Shown: positions 25,161 through 39,600, numbered from the stretch's first letter. The stretch is DNA of 64,000 nucleotides from Antechinus flavipes (GCF_016432865.1 NC_067399.1:525016001-525080000); one strand, 5' to 3'. Numbers and translations are program-made. The notes: generated by a model not told the origin, from the letters alone.

Positions 25161-25599
25161 TGGACTTAGAATTTAATTGGATTATATAGTATATACACAA
25201 ATAAGTATAATACCAGGTAGGATATGATAGAAGCAAAAAATACATCCATATAAAGCAGTGTAGATCAATTTGAGGTGGGAAAGTTCACTTTCAGCTTGGG
25301 GACTGAATTTCCTTTTTTCAAGTTTCAAATTGCTATGCAGAGTTTCTGAATCCTTTGTCACCTGTGGAAAGATCTGTTTTCTTCACTCCATTCTTTCTCT
25401 TGCAAACCTATTTCTTAGATATACTCTAGATGTCAGCTTTTTAAATTTTTGTTCACAACCCCATATGAAGTATCATAATTGAATATAGGGGTCATGAAAT
25501 TATGATTTATTATCAGGAAATTGTGGTCACAAGAGTATATGTTGGAGGCAAAAATGAACCAAAACCTCATTCTCTGGGGATAGTTTTCTTTACAGTATG

Positions 25600-26090
25600 C
25601 GAAGTCTTTTTAAGGACCTCTGAAAAAAAATAAGTCTAATTTACCTAGCTGGCCTTATTTCTAACCACTTCCCATCATGAACTCTACATTAAAGTTAAAC
25701 TAGACAGTAAGCTATTCCAATACTCTTCTATATCCTCTTGCCTCCATGCATTCAATAAGGCTATTCCTCATGCTTGTGATGCTTCCTTCCTCATTTCTGC
25801 CTGCTGAAATCTTTCTCTAATGTCAAAACCCAGCTCCTCCATTTATCTCTTCCTGATTCCCCAAGCTGAAAGTGAACTTTCCCACCTCAAATTGATCTAC
25901 ACTGCTTTATATGAATGTATTTTTTGCTTCTATCATATCCTACCTGGTATTATACTTATTTGTGTATATTCTATATAATCCAATTAAATTCTAAGTCCAT
26001 CAGGGCCAGGACTATGTTCTTTTTCTGTTTCTCCTACACCTAGCACCATGATTTACCCTCAAAGAATTCTTAACAAATTTGAGTTAAATT
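25600..26090 (+). mobile_element. L2 3' end
   Basis: Typical L2 3' text ending cttaacaaattt...; boundaries approximate. Confidence 0.6.
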
Positions 26091-26449
26091 AATGCCTTTG
26101 TCTTAATGTTGTATTTTTGTAACATTTTCCCTCAAGTTAAAGTTGTCAGTTGATTCCAGTCAAGGGAAAACATATGAAGATAGCTTAGATTTGAAAGATT
26201 AGGAATTAAAGTTTTCCATAGCATTTTCTAACTAATAATTCTGATCAATGTAGACAATCAGATGACATAATTGCCTGGACAAGCAGGACTATTTTTAAGC
26301 TGATGCTGTGGATATTCTTTTATTTCTCATTCCATAACATCTGAAATATTACATTATGAAAAATGAATTTATTTTTCCTATCATCTTCATAATGTAATGA
26401 CAATGCTTAATGTCTGGGAACAGGGTAATGGAAAAAAAATCTCTTTTCA

Positions 26450-27060
26450 GCAATTCAACAAACATTAAGTGCCTTCTATGTGCACAACATTGTTCTCAGT
26501 GCTGAGAACAGAAAGGCAATAATCAAACCTTCTCTGCCCTGAAGAAAATTTATGTTCTCCTTGGGGTGGAGAGAAACTAGAGAAACAAAAGAGGTGCAGA
26601 AAAGTAAATACATGAAAATTTGAGGAGGGAAAGAAAATGTTTTTAAAAAAGCTAGAAATATAGGGAAATGCTCACAGCAGATTTGGAAGCTGAGAAAAAC
26701 TTTGAAGGAAGCTACGATTCTAAAAAGCAGAGATGAGGGGAGCTTGCTTGATTGGCATCAAGAGAACTTCATTGAACGCTCTGATGCAGAAGGTGGAATC
26801 TCAAGTAAAAGAGAGAGTTAGTGGGCCAATTTGGGTGGAATAAAGAGCAGGAAGGGGACCAAAGTGAAATAAGGTTGCTAAAGTATCTGAAAGCCAGATT
26901 ATGCAAAGCCTCTAAATGCTGAACTGAAGGGTTCTCATTTTAACCTACAGGCAATCAAGTAGTTACTGAGAGTTTTGGGGGCAAGGGTGTGTCCTGCATC
27001 TTAGCAACATAGCAATTTGGCACCTCTGTAAAAGGCTCGACTGAAAAAAGGAACCATGGG
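26450..27060 (-). mobile_element. L2 3' region
   Basis: attcaacaaacattaagtgccttctatgtgc followed by a purine-rich body. Confidence 0.6.
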
Positions 27061-30000
27061 AAGTAGGAAAATGAGTTAATGCTGGCTGACAAATCTGATG
27101 ACCAAAAAATTAGAAATGAGTTAATATTACCAAAATAAAGCAGGAGAAATTAATGTCAGTAGGACTAAGGGAAAGAGGCAAATATTTTGCAGCTAGCAGC
27201 CTACCATTAAATTAGAAAAGGACTTTTGTAAACTATAGACTCTTAACTTTTTTATCCTGTTATTATGCCTTGGCTCTATTGTTTATCCCCTTTCAAAGAT
27301 TTATAATAAATCCCCTTCAAATATCTAAGAAATAGGTTTGCAAGAGAAAGAATGGAGTGAAGAAAACAGATCTTTCCACAGGTGACAAAGGATTCAAAAA
27401 CTCTGCATAGCAATTTGAAACTTGAAAAAAGGAAATTCAGTAAGGCAAGATCTGAGCTGACTACTTAGGGAAAATAGCCATGTGTGTGGATATATCTAGT
27501 GGTTCCAGAGTTCTGTCCGGGTTATTGTCATTCCATTATATCCTATAATGGACTCAGCCATTCTTACATTTTTAAAAGTGTGAATATCTTTCATTTTATT
27601 TTCAGATTCTCTGATTCATTCAACTCAATTAACTCAAAGTCAAAAAGTTAATATCACTGTATCATATTTGAAGATCTGGGCCTTTCAGGTTACTTGATTT
27701 GGTCATTAAAATGACTGAAAAATTAACTAGATTGACAAATGGTCAGTTACATTTTCTTGGCTGTCTTGATGACTGAATGGGAGAAACCACGTGGCCATCC
27801 TATTGATTGCATGACCATTACAAGAGACAACTCCTACCTCTCTCCCCACCCCTAAGAATTGACCTGTTTTTTGGTTAATTCACTTGAACTGGATAGAGGC
27901 TGTGTCAGTGATTGCTCTCTGAACCTTAACTAGAGCTCTGACTGTCAAGGACTATAAACTTGCCCTTTTTGTTTACAGAATTGTCATCAAGAGAAAAGGC
28001 AATTCAGAGGTCACCTCTGCCTGTATATTTTCAGTTCTAAGTGATCAAAATGCATTTTCAGGATAGATAGTTGCAAAAAAAAAAAAGGAGAAACATTATT
28101 ATATCAACTTTCTGAGGAACAAAATGAAGTGAGAAGAAATTCATTGTCCTTTAAATAGCATGAATTTAGGAACTTTAAAATGGCTCTAAATTGTGCTTTC
28201 CTGAGCTTCTATTCAAACTGCAGTTGGAAACATCCTGTTCTTGTTTCCTACTGCCTCTACTCTTTTAGTCTTGTAATCCTGTAAATCCAAATATTTTCTA
28301 TACTCTTTTTTTGGCTCCCTCCAATTGTCTTCAAAGCAATTGACCTCTGGTTCCCCAAATGGAAACTAGATGGGCTTTCTTCAGAACTGGTCAATGTCAC
28401 TGTCTGATTGGCTAGATGGGCTGTTATGGAGTGACTCCAGGCGTTTTTTCCCTCCCCAGAGCTCTGTGCGATACCTCTGTAACAGTGCCAGCTCTTGTTG
28501 GCCTAGAGGACAAGGGAACAGAAATGACAATTAGCTCTAAGATTTATTAAATACAGCTACTAAGCCTTTGATCTGGCATGTATACATACAACTCTAAATA
28601 TATATGTGTATAAGTATAAATATATTCATATATTTATAGATATTTATATACCCATATATGAAGATATATGTATATACCCATACATGTACATGTATATGCA
28701 TATCTATATGATAGAAAGAAAACTATAGATCTTTTTCTAGGTATATCCACATGGTTATAGATACATATATATTTAAAAATTAGCAGTTAGATAATGCTTT
28801 AAGGTTTCTAAGACATTTTACATATATAATTTCATTTTATTCTCACAACAATCCTGGGAGATAAGTGGTATTATTAATTGCCATTTAAGAAGTAAGGACA
28901 CTGAAGCAAATAGAGTTTAAGTGATTTGGAGAGAAAGAGAGAGAGAAAAAATAGTTATATATTATGGCCTTAAATAGGACAAAGATAAGCTAGCCATAGC
29001 AACGTATCCAAAGCAATAACCTGCTAGTCAGGAGCCATTTTATTTGGAAGAGTATGATTCAATACTTTTTTGCATGTTGGAAATCCACAGTTAAGAAACA
29101 ATTTTTAAAGGAATCTCTGCTTTTAATACAAAGAGGCCATATACCACAACAAATTTGAGGTTTAGGAGCTCAGAGAAATGTCAGCTTTTAGAACTGCCTC
29201 AAGATTCTATTTCTTCCTAGTTCAAAGGGGCCAGAATGGAGAAATGGAGACTAAAAGGTCCTAACTCATAGTTTACTTGTAACCAAATGTATCTGATACA
29301 AAACCCCAAATATATTGGTGTTTTATTTTTCTTGCTAGAGCTGCCCTCAATAAAATGTGGGTGTCGTTTGAAAAGGGCATCATTTTCAATGAATTCTGAG
29401 AGTGTCACACAGGGTATTGATTGATCAGTCTTGCCGTCAGCATGACCGGGGCCAGCAAAGAGCTGTCCCTGTGATCCAATTTTCAGAGCTCACAGACACC
29501 TTCACTCTCTGGCAAATGGCATCAGCCAATGGTAGGAAAGAGGGAACAGAGAAACATGGGGGATGGGGATAGAGAGAAGAGAAGAAGAAATGAAGAGAAA
29601 GTAAGAAAGGCATGATTTTGCATTGTATTCAGTTTATCTATGCATGGAATGTTATTACCTCATGCTGAACTTCTTTTTCTATTGAAAAGGGAGACTTTTT
29701 TTTCTTTAGCAGACTTCAAAAGCCTATATAAAAGTCAGAAGCATATTCTTATCTGTAAGAAATATACAGATACTATTCATTTTAAGACCCCATTGTGTGA
29801 CTATTTTGTTATTATTTTGGAATTAAGATTTTTAAAATGTTTTATTCTAAATTTATGTTTACATTACAGAAATAGATAGTATTACCATAATATTTTAGTC
29901 TCATTTTTTGCAACATAAATCAAGAATAATCATTCCTCTTAGACATCAGTATAGGTTTCTTTAATACATCAAATAAACAGATTTTAGACGAGTTGACTGT

Positions 30001-31477
30001 ATTCTTATTATAAGTTATTAAATTCTGTTTGTTGAACCATATCTTGTAACCTACTTCTCAGAGTTGTTGCAAGCTTCAAATGAGATAATTAAATTATAAA
30101 TGTGCTTTGCACACTGCCTGGAACATATTAAGTGCCATAAAAATGTTAACCATTATTAACTGTCTTTGCAAAGTAGGAATTGCATTCTGAGAGTGCTATT
30201 ACACACATGGCAACGCAATAGAATTATCTGAATGCCATCTGTGTCTTAGGGAAAGGACTCTTCCCTTCTTGAGGTTCTCTAGATTCTGGGCAATTTGATA
30301 AGCAATAGACAGGTACCATCTGCGTAAGCCAAGATCATTCCTAGAAGTTGTAGATTCCTACTGACAAGTCAGTGCTACCTGCATGGTTCCTAAAGATACC
30401 AAGTTTTTGTCCAAGAAAAAGATGACAATATTGGACACTTCTATTGCAGCTTATTATCTTTTAGTTTAAGTTTAGAGTTGCCTGAGATCATTGAGAAATT
30501 GTGGCTTGGCCAGAGTCAAACAGCTAGTATGTTGCAGAGACAGAATTTTGATTTAGATCTTCCCAATCTCTTTATCTGGTTCTATCTGCTATGCAATAAG
30601 CTTATTATCAAATTTACAATTACATGAATGGTGAATACATCTGCAATGTGGTCTTATTCCTCAACCCTTTTTTCACAGCCTTCTTAGAGTGTGAGCTCTT
30701 TGAGATCAGGACTGTTTTGGCCTTTCTTTGTATACCCGGTTCATAGCACAGTATATAGTAGGGCTTAATAAATGCTTGCTGACTCACCGACTGACTTGCC
30801 CTTCCTCCTCATCCCCTAATGGAATTTCCAAGTCTTATTGATTCTACTGCCACAGCTTCTCTTACATTCATTCTTTTTTTTTTTTTTTTTCTGATCACAC
30901 ACCTACCACCCTAATTCAGGCATTCATCACTCCTCCTGGAAACTATTGTAGGTGCTTCCTAACTGGTGTCCTGGAATTCTGCCTTTTCTATTTCTAATTC
31001 AAGTTTCACACAGATGACAAAATTGATATTCTTTTTTTAAAAAAATTTCTTGTATTTAAACACAAAACATGGCAAGCATTTCTATGTACAATCTAAAGCA
31101 GAAAAAGAGGGTTATATATGAAATTGTGAATCTCTATTATGATAATTTGCCTTTTATGTATATAATTAATTCAACATTATTTTCAAAGTTGTTTTTACTT
31201 ATTTGTGTTTCATACTGACTTTATTTTTGTCCTCTTATATGCATTTAAAATAACTCAGTGACTCTCTTTTGTAATTTTTCTTTAAAAAATTTATTAAGCC
31301 CATTGTTATCTCCCTTTTCCTTTCAACTCACTTCCCCATTCAGTTGAAATAATAATAACAACAAAATATAACTTTTGTATCACATATGCATAGTTAAGTA
31401 AAAAACCAAATCCCCACATTTGCCATCTCCAAAAGGTATGACTTATCCTGTATCTTGTGTTCACTACCTCTGGCAGG

Positions 31478-31620
31478 AGTGTGTTAGAGCTAGCTTGAAC
31501 CTACTCATGAATGCTGGTTGTTAAATTTTCAGTGTGAGCATTCATGCCTTGGAAATGTTGGCAATTGTGGTTTGATTTTTGTTTATAACTAAGAAAGTGA
31601 TGGATAAAATATTAACAACA
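31478..31620 (+). mobile_element. hAT-Blackjack MITE fragment (MER63_Marsup-like)
   Basis: gtgtgttagagctagcttgaacc...ggttgttaaattttcagtgtgagcatt resembles the MER63 5' end as remembered. Confidence 0.55.
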
Positions 31621-31674
31621 TAGAAATTTGTTATGCATTATTCCCTCCCCCCCCAGAGAGTCAATTATTAAATA

Positions 31675-32135
31675 TTTTTGTTTGTTTGTTTTTTGAAGAA
31701 GATCGGTGACATTATAGTTGATGTCTTGACTTCCATGTGAATTGGATTTAAGTGAGATAGAGTTGTGCAAAACAGGTCAGCTTCACTTTCTCTTTCAGAG
31801 TTATAGAAGTCTAGTAGCAAGACAAAAATCAAGATTACTGGTGATGGTGCAGAATGCATTGGATGAACATGTCATCTTCAATGTTTGATCAAGTTCTAAA
31901 TCTTACACGGTAACACTTTTATGGTCTTCAGCTTCAGCTACTTTTATGGTCATTGGAACAAATTGTTGTCATCTGCATGACCTGGGGAAGTCTTCACATG
32001 CTTGGCTAGATATTCCTGTAATGCACCAAAGGCTTTAAGGTCTATTGGTTACTCTCAACTTGGTTTAGTTTACAAACTTAGTGGGGTGGGGTCATTGCTA
32101 CAGTTACAGCTTCTAGGAGCCACAGGTGAGACCTT
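31675..32135 (-). mobile_element. MdoRep1/WALLSI-like SINE
   Basis: Reverse-complement similarity to 10945-11475 (attggatttaagtgagatagagttgtgcaaa; cttctaggagccacaggtgag). Confidence 0.7.
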
Positions 32136-33589
32136 CATTAATATATCTCAAGTGGATCCACAGGTGAGACCTTCATTAACATATCTCAAGTATCATGTCT
32201 CATTATGGAATGATGTTGCCATTAATCTAGTTTTTAAGTCTTTCAGAATAATTTATTCTTAAAATGTTATTATTATTGGATAAATGGTTTTTCAGACTTG
32301 GATCTCATCATTCTGTATTAAAATTCATCATGTTCTTAAATTTTTCTGAAGCCTTTCTTTTTGTCATATCTTATGGTACAATAATATTTCAGTACATTCA
32401 TATACTATAATTTGTTCAACTATTCTACCAGTTTATGGTCATTTCTTTACCCTTAGTTTCCAATTATTTGCCACATAATGATTTTTGGTTATAGCTCCAA
32501 ATTACTTTCTAGAATAGCTGTCCCAAATCATGGGTCCACCAGCAGTATATTAATGTGTTTATTATCCAGAGATCCTCCAACCATTATCATTTTCCTCCTT
32601 AGTCATATTTGCCTATCTGATAAATATGAGGTAGAACTCCAGAGTTGTCTGAATTTGTATACCATTAATTATTGTGGTGATTTGAAACACCCCCTCCCCC
32701 CATATGTCTATTGGTTGCTTGGACTTTTTCTTTTAAGAACTACCTGTTCATATTCATAGGTCATTTATCTCTTAAGAAATGATTATCATTCTTATCTATT
32801 TAAAATTAGTTATTTTCATATCATGGATATCATACCTATATCAGAAAAACTTGATGCAAAAAATTTTTTTGTGCTGTTAAGTATTTATCACTAATTTTTA
32901 CCACCTGATTCATATATAAATCTTTTTCAGTTTGTTGTAATCAAAATTGTCATTGTTATCTGCTAGGATCCTCTATATCCCTTGCTTGGTTAGGAATTCT
33001 TCTCCATCCACCATTGTGATAGATGTTTCTTTTCTTAATTCTCTAATGTGTTTTTAATATAGCCATTTATATTTATCATGTGTCCAATTGGCACTTACCT
33101 TGTTATATGATTTAAAATGTTGATCTATATCCCAATTTCTGTCATACTGTTTTCCAGTTTTTCCAGAAGTTACTGGTATACAATAAGTTCTTGCCCCTGA
33201 AGTTAAGAGTCTTGGGATTTATTGATTATGATGCCACTACATTTTTTTTTGGTTTTGAATATTGTGAACCTAATCTATCTCACTGGTCAGTCTTTCTATT
33301 TTCCAATATCAAAAAGTTTTTAATGATCATGCTTTATATAGTGCTTACTGAGATCTGGTGCTAGTAGGTCCTCTTCCTTTCCAATTAAAAAAAAAGTATT
33401 TCTTTTCTGGATCTTTTGTTCCTCCAAGACCAGCTTTTTAAAAATTATTTTTTCTAGACTTCTAACATAGTCATATGGTAGTTTTGATCGGTATTGTTGT
33501 GGTTAAGTAAATTAACTTTGTTTTTCTTTTCAACATTTATTATTTGGGCCTGACTCAATTGGTCCACTGTGAATCAATATAATTAAAAC

Positions 33590-34110
33590 ATATACATCTG
33601 ATGATGTTATTTCAATGCTCAAGAAACTTTAGTAGCTCTCTTTTGCTTGTAGGATCAAACACATATGCCTCTGTAAAGTTTCTGAAACCCCTTACAATCT
33701 ATTTGTGAAATTTTTCTAGCTTTACCTTCCTCATGAATATTATGTTCCAATTGGACTCATTGATGTTCCCAAGAATATGTCATCTTATCTCTTACCTCTT
33801 GTCACTGCACAAATGATCCCTCTGGGCATTCTCTTTCTTCATACACCTTTTGCAAACCTTTCAAACTACCTTCAAGGCTTAGCTTATCAAGTGCCATGCT
33901 CTACAAAAGATCTTTTCTAATTCTTTTACTTGTTAGTGCTTCCCTAACCCAAAATTATTTTGCATTTATTTTCTGTTCACTTATCTATATATAAAAACTG
34001 TTTCTCTTCAAGAGAGTATATAAGCTCATTAAGGGTTGTACCATTTTTGCCTTTGTATTCTTGATACTTATCCTAATGTATAATTAAAACTTTTTAATTT
34101 GAACTGAATT
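33590..34110 (+). mobile_element. L2 3' end
   Basis: aagaaactttagtagctctcttttgcttgtaggatcaaac and an L2-type tail. Confidence 0.6.
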
Positions 34111-35044
34111 AAAAATAAGAAAGAAATAATAAGAATAATAACTTTGAGTAAAATATGCTCATGTTGCCATATAAAAAAAAACCCAGCATTTTCTTCTGCA
34201 TAATTTTAAATGAAACAGCAATACTGAACCAATGAAGTTCTATTGTAGAGATTCCTACATTTTTGCAGCACTGTGATTGATTGGTCCAGTAGGAAAGGAT
34301 TGGATCATGACTGGAAATTCAATTCAATTGCAAAAAAAATTACTAAGCACCACTATATGCAAGATGCTATGCTAGGACATGGCAAAAATTAAAAGTCTTT
34401 GCCCCCAAAGTATGCAACTATGATTTGAAAGTTTGCTGTTTAGAAGATTCTGTTAACATGACCAAGTAAATTATTTTTCTTGGTAAATAGTGGGGCAATC
34501 AATTGGTTGCTAAAATGGCTTAACCTTATTCCCTTTTTTCCTCAAGAAATTCATGGCAGTAATTAAACATAAACACTACACAATGCTGTGGATTGACTAG
34601 TTTTCATTTCCTTTGTCCAAATCTAGTAGCATATATAAGAATTACAATTCTTATATATAATTATTATATAATATAATTCTTATATTAATTCCTTTACATA
34701 TGGGCCTCTCTGAGGAGTTGTTTTTTATTTCAGGCATTTGTAATTTTTATTGGAACAAAGCTTCCCTGTCTGTTTCCCTCTTCTCCTTAAACCAAGGGTC
34801 AGTTTAAGGACTGGCAGAATCCCAAATCTTTTTTTGACCCTCTCTTCTGTAAAAGAAAGGGATGAAACAAGAAGACTTTTGAAAAATAGGAAATCATAAA
34901 ATTATAATCTAGTGATTACTTACTTTGCTTGAGGATTTCTGTTAAAGGAGAACCAATTACCTTTCTGAGCAGTTTAGATCATTTTTGTGTAGCTCTAATG
35001 ATTGGGAAATTTCTATACACTTCAAAACCAAATTTGCTTTATTT

Positions 35045-35051
35045 TGTGTGT

Positions 35052-35085
<34 letters not shown>
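35045..35085 (+). repeat. (TG)n microsatellite
   Basis: About 20 TG units with one interruption. Confidence 0.95.
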
Positions 35086-35088
<3 letters not shown>

Positions 35089-35282
35089 TTCCTTCTAGTA
35101 TTACTCTAATCAAATTGAGCAAATGTAGTTCTTTCCATGAGCCAATTCTTCAAACACTTGAAGTTGTTGTGTTCTCCTAAAGTATTTTCTTCCCCAAGGT
35201 AAACATCCCGTTTCTTTAGTCAATCATCATACAGCATGATCTGAAGGCCCTTCACCATCCTGGTTATCATCCTCTGGATTCT

Positions 35283-35463
35283 TTTGTTTTTTTAACTAAT
35301 GGATTTTTATTTTTCAAAATATATAATAAGATAGTTTTCAGCATTTAGCCTTACAAAACCTTGTGTTCCAAATTTTTCTCTTTCCTTCTCCCCTCCCCAG
35401 ACAGCAAGTAACTTAATATAGGTTAACCATGTACAATTCTTCTAAACATATTTCCACATTTGG
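35283..35463 (-). mobile_element. Very short L1 3' end with 10-bp TSD
   Basis: TSD TCTGGATTCT at 35273-35282 and 35464-35473; L1 3' UTR text (gttccaaatttttctc...cccagacagcaagtaa). Confidence 0.85.
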
Positions 35464-36619
35464 TCTGGATTCTCGATGTTCTTCCTAAAATGTGGCAATG
35501 GAATGAAATGCATTCTCAATAAAATTCCCAATGTGTTCTGATTGGGCAAGAATGAAATGAGACCATTGCCTTCATGCTCCTCCAAGTACAGCTTCAGATT
35601 TTTACAAAAAGATCACAAATAATTTCCTTTTTCTTAATTCTTATATAGACTTAGAATTGAAAGGAAACTATTTCTTCTTTATTTCTCTTCTTACAAATAA
35701 GAGAAGTTAAGTAGTTTAAACAGATAATGTGGCATTAGAGCCAGAATTAAGAGCAGATTGTTTGATTCTAAAACCATTCTCCCTCTCCCCAGCCCTCTCA
35801 TTTCTACCCCCAATGCCTAACCACAGCCTTATATAGATTATTTCTTATCTTCATAACTAAGTTGTAACATTTTCTCCTTCTGAATTTCCTTCAAGATTCC
35901 CAATAAAGTGCTGAGTATGAAGGAAGGACTTAAAAAAATTAAATGGATGCAAATTAGTGAATAAGCTATGACAGGAATTTATTGCCTAGACTATTTAATG
36001 ACAGGCATTCAGATAAAAAAAAATTACTGAAGATAGTTGATTTGGATGAATGTAGCTCTATTGTAGAAGCCTACCCTCCCCTCTTTTTTTTGGTATGTGT
36101 ATCATTTAGGCTCAATATGGAAATTCAAGTCTCATGATCTTTGCTAACTATATCCTTTCTGAAGGAGAGAGAAGATTCTTTATCACAGAAATTATTAATA
36201 TACATTATTAAAAGATATTATGAGATTCAATATGTTTGATTTCATCAGTATGGGAAACTCTGTTGTATAAATTTTCTGGGACAAAGTAGAACGGTATCTC
36301 ATAAATGTATTTGAGGCACTGAGAGACTTGACTTGGCTATATTTGCACACATGCTAAAGGTGATTCTTGAATCCAGATCTTCTTAGCTTTGAGGATCAGT
36401 TTTCTTTCTACTATTTCATATTACCTTTCTATTGGAAAGAATGTTTTATATTAAAGCAAATATTTTTAAATATCTATATAAAATAGTGACAAGGGATACA
36501 CAACACAAAAATGAAACAATCCTGGATTTCAAAAAAGATCTATTGGGAAGATGCAATATTATCACAAATAAATAAATATAATGTCTATGTGAAGTAATAC
36601 AAAGCAATCTGGACAGTTG

Positions 36620-39600
36620 TAATATCTGAGGTATATTAGGTAATATCTGAGTATAGGATTTGGATTTTTGAAATTATACTATAACTGAACAATATAATCA
36701 TACAACTGAACAATTACTGAAAAAATAAGAATGACAGACTTCTGGTTATGGGTAGAGTATATCTAATAAAGATTAATTGGAATGTATTTGCTGTGAAACT
36801 TGTAAATACCATAAATAAAAAGACTTTAAACTAATAAAAGTGAGGGAAGCAAAACCTGCTTCCATACATCTAATAAGTTAGATATAATAGAGCTTAGCTA
36901 TAATGAAAGAAGAATATAATTAAAGTACAGAGAAGTTCAAAGGAGACAAAATTGTGGGAAAAAAAAAAGAGGTCAGGAGTAAAAAAACCTATGTCCTCAA
37001 AAGTCTATACATAAAAATTCAAAGTTAAGGTAATAAACCAGAAAAAAAAAGAGGTTCTAATACAAGGAGAGAAATTCAACTTTCTAGTATCTCAAAGAAG
37101 GCAGCAATCTGTATTGGTAGCAGACTTTTCTAACATGTAGTTCCCTATACTGATAAAATTACAGGTCTCTTAATCAAAAAGATATCATTAATGCTTGCTA
37201 GGAATCAATCTATGACTGCAATATGGCTCTGTATGACTCCTTATTAAAAAGAAACACGATTTGCAAAAGTATTATGTAAGCGTGGGAAGGTAGTGTTATA
37301 TGTTTAGAATGTGTAGTTTTATATATATACACATATGGAGTAATGGATAGAGAATCAGATTAACAGTCATGAAAATTTGGATTCATTTTCACCTCTGACG
37401 CATATAAGCTATGTGTGGGCAAGTTACTTAATGTTTCAATTTCTCAAATGATTTCCTAAGGTATTGACATGCAAAATAGTTACTGATCTCCATTGGTAGA
37501 GGGAATTTCCTTATTGGCCCAGTTAAAGCGTAGGTCTGGATAAATAAAAATAAAATTCTCAGATGAGAAATCCAGGGATTAGGTGAAGAGTATTTGGATG
37601 AATAACACTGGAAGCAGAAACAATGATAGACCACTTGGACAAAAAGAGGAAATAGATGATTAATTTTGGTTAACAAATTGCAAATTTAGTACAGAAAGAA
37701 ATAAATTATAATAGTGATAGGATACATCATTTCTTTGGACCTTGACCAGAGCTTTCTGCCATTAACAGGGAGAACTTATTAGGGTGGTAGAAGGAGACCA
37801 TAGCCTCCTACAGTTGTGATGGAGGGGAGGAAAGTTGGACATAGTCTGACATATATTTTAGCTTTTGGTCAACTATATTTTAAAGGCTAGAGGAAGCATA
37901 GGTAAGATTTCCATGAACTAAAATTATATTATAGGAGACATAAATATAGGAATTATGGGAAATTCTCAAGAATAGAATACAGAAGACATATAAGGAAATA
38001 ATTCTAATGAAGATGAAAAGATTTACATGAAAAAACCAATATGTATACAAAGGGAACTCAATAACTTGTTAATATTTAAAATATTTAAAAAGAAAAGTAC
38101 AGTTTTCTAAATAGTGTCCAGTGTTCTAATACTTAGAATGAGCTGAGGTTAAGTGAGGGAAACTAAGGAAAAGAACATTTTAAAGGATAGCACCACTGTT
38201 TGAAAGTGGATAGCATAATGATAACAACAGATAATGCATTTGATAAATCCCCATTTTGGTTTTCTCTGCTAACGAGTATGACCTTTGCACTGAATATGAC
38301 AGAAAAACAATGGCTAAGTGGAGAACTGATACCAATGATTAGAAAGAGGGTAGGAAGAGAATGCTTGGATATCCATCATAAAGTCAGAATATTTGACCCT
38401 AATGAACTATATTCTTAGGTCAAGAAAGAAGTGGCGGATGTGAATGCTAAACTGATAGTGATAATTAAAGGACCATATAAAATTGTAGAGGTGTTACATG
38501 TGGAGACAAGTAAGGACAAATGTACCAATTTTCTGAAAAGAAAGAAAATGGATCATCAAACTATGGCCCAGTAGGCTTAAACTTCAATTTGTAGGAAAAT
38601 TCTAAATATAGCATTAAAGAGATATTTTATAGTGAACTTTTAAAAGGGGAAATGGGAAAATAAAAAGCCTTCTTGGCTTTATCAAGAACAGGTCATGTCA
38701 GAGTAAAACTTACATCTCTTTTTTTAAACAAGGTTAGTAAACTAGTAGGAGATGGAAATATTGTAGATAAAGTTTATTTGGATTTTAGCAAACGTTTTGA
38801 AAAAATATTTCATGCTTTTAATGGAAATTTGCATCCTCAATAATTTAAATGGATTAGGACAGTTTGAATGGATGGACTCAAAGTGAAGTAATTAATGTTC
38901 AGCATAATCTTGATATTCATCATAGAATAAAAGTACCAGAGATTTGTAGTAGTTCCTTTTTGTTGTTTTTCAGTCATTTCAGTCATGCTTGACTCTTTAT
39001 GAACCTATTTTGGCAGAGATTCTGGAGTGGTTTTCCATTTCCTTCTTCAGCTCATTTTATATAAGAGGAAACTGAGACATATAGGGTTAAGTGACTTGCT
39101 CAAGATTGTATGGTTTGTAAGTGTATGAGACCATAATTCATAAAGATGAGCCTGATTCCAGGCCTGGCACTCTATATATTATGCCACCTAGTTGTCCTCT
39201 ACTAGTCTCTATTGTGGTTTAATATTTTTGTCAATAACTTATATAAAGGCATAAATGACAAATTCTGCAAATTTACCGATAACAAAGTTGGGAGGGATTG
39301 TTGGATGACAGTTAAGGTCCAAAAAGATCATGGCAGGATAGGACATTTGGCAAAGTTGAATAAGTCTGTTTCTAATTGGGATAAATGTAAAATTTTAAAC
39401 TTTGGTTTAAAAATCAGTTGCATCAATATAAGCTCTAGGAAGCATGACTATAAGACAGTATTCAAAAAAGATCTGGGATTTTTTAGGGGAATACAAATTT
39501 AACATAAATGAGTTATGTGGCAGCCAAAAAGCTAATATGATATTGAGCAATATTAACATAGATACAACTTCCAGAAACAAGGATATTATAATCCTTCTTT

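Larger units (their letters stand above)
31030..33560 (-). mobile_element. Old marsupial L1 (3' UTR plus ORF2 C-terminus) with nested insertions
   Basis: Decayed ORF2-like text at 32280-33560 (atttatcaattgg-like, gtaatcaaaattgtc, ctaatctatctcactggtcag); interrupted at 31478 and 31675. Confidence 0.7.
34950..35600 (-). mobile_element. L3/CR1 3' fragment interrupted by a short L1
   Basis: cagcatgatctgaaggcccttcaccatcctggttatcatcctctggattct...cttcctaaaatgtggc. Confidence 0.6.

Noticed and set aside
38200-38418. IMITTDNAFDK resembling L1 ORF2 [12 protein letters not shown]
   Set aside because: The flanks read as L3/CR1; the similarity is short and coincidental.
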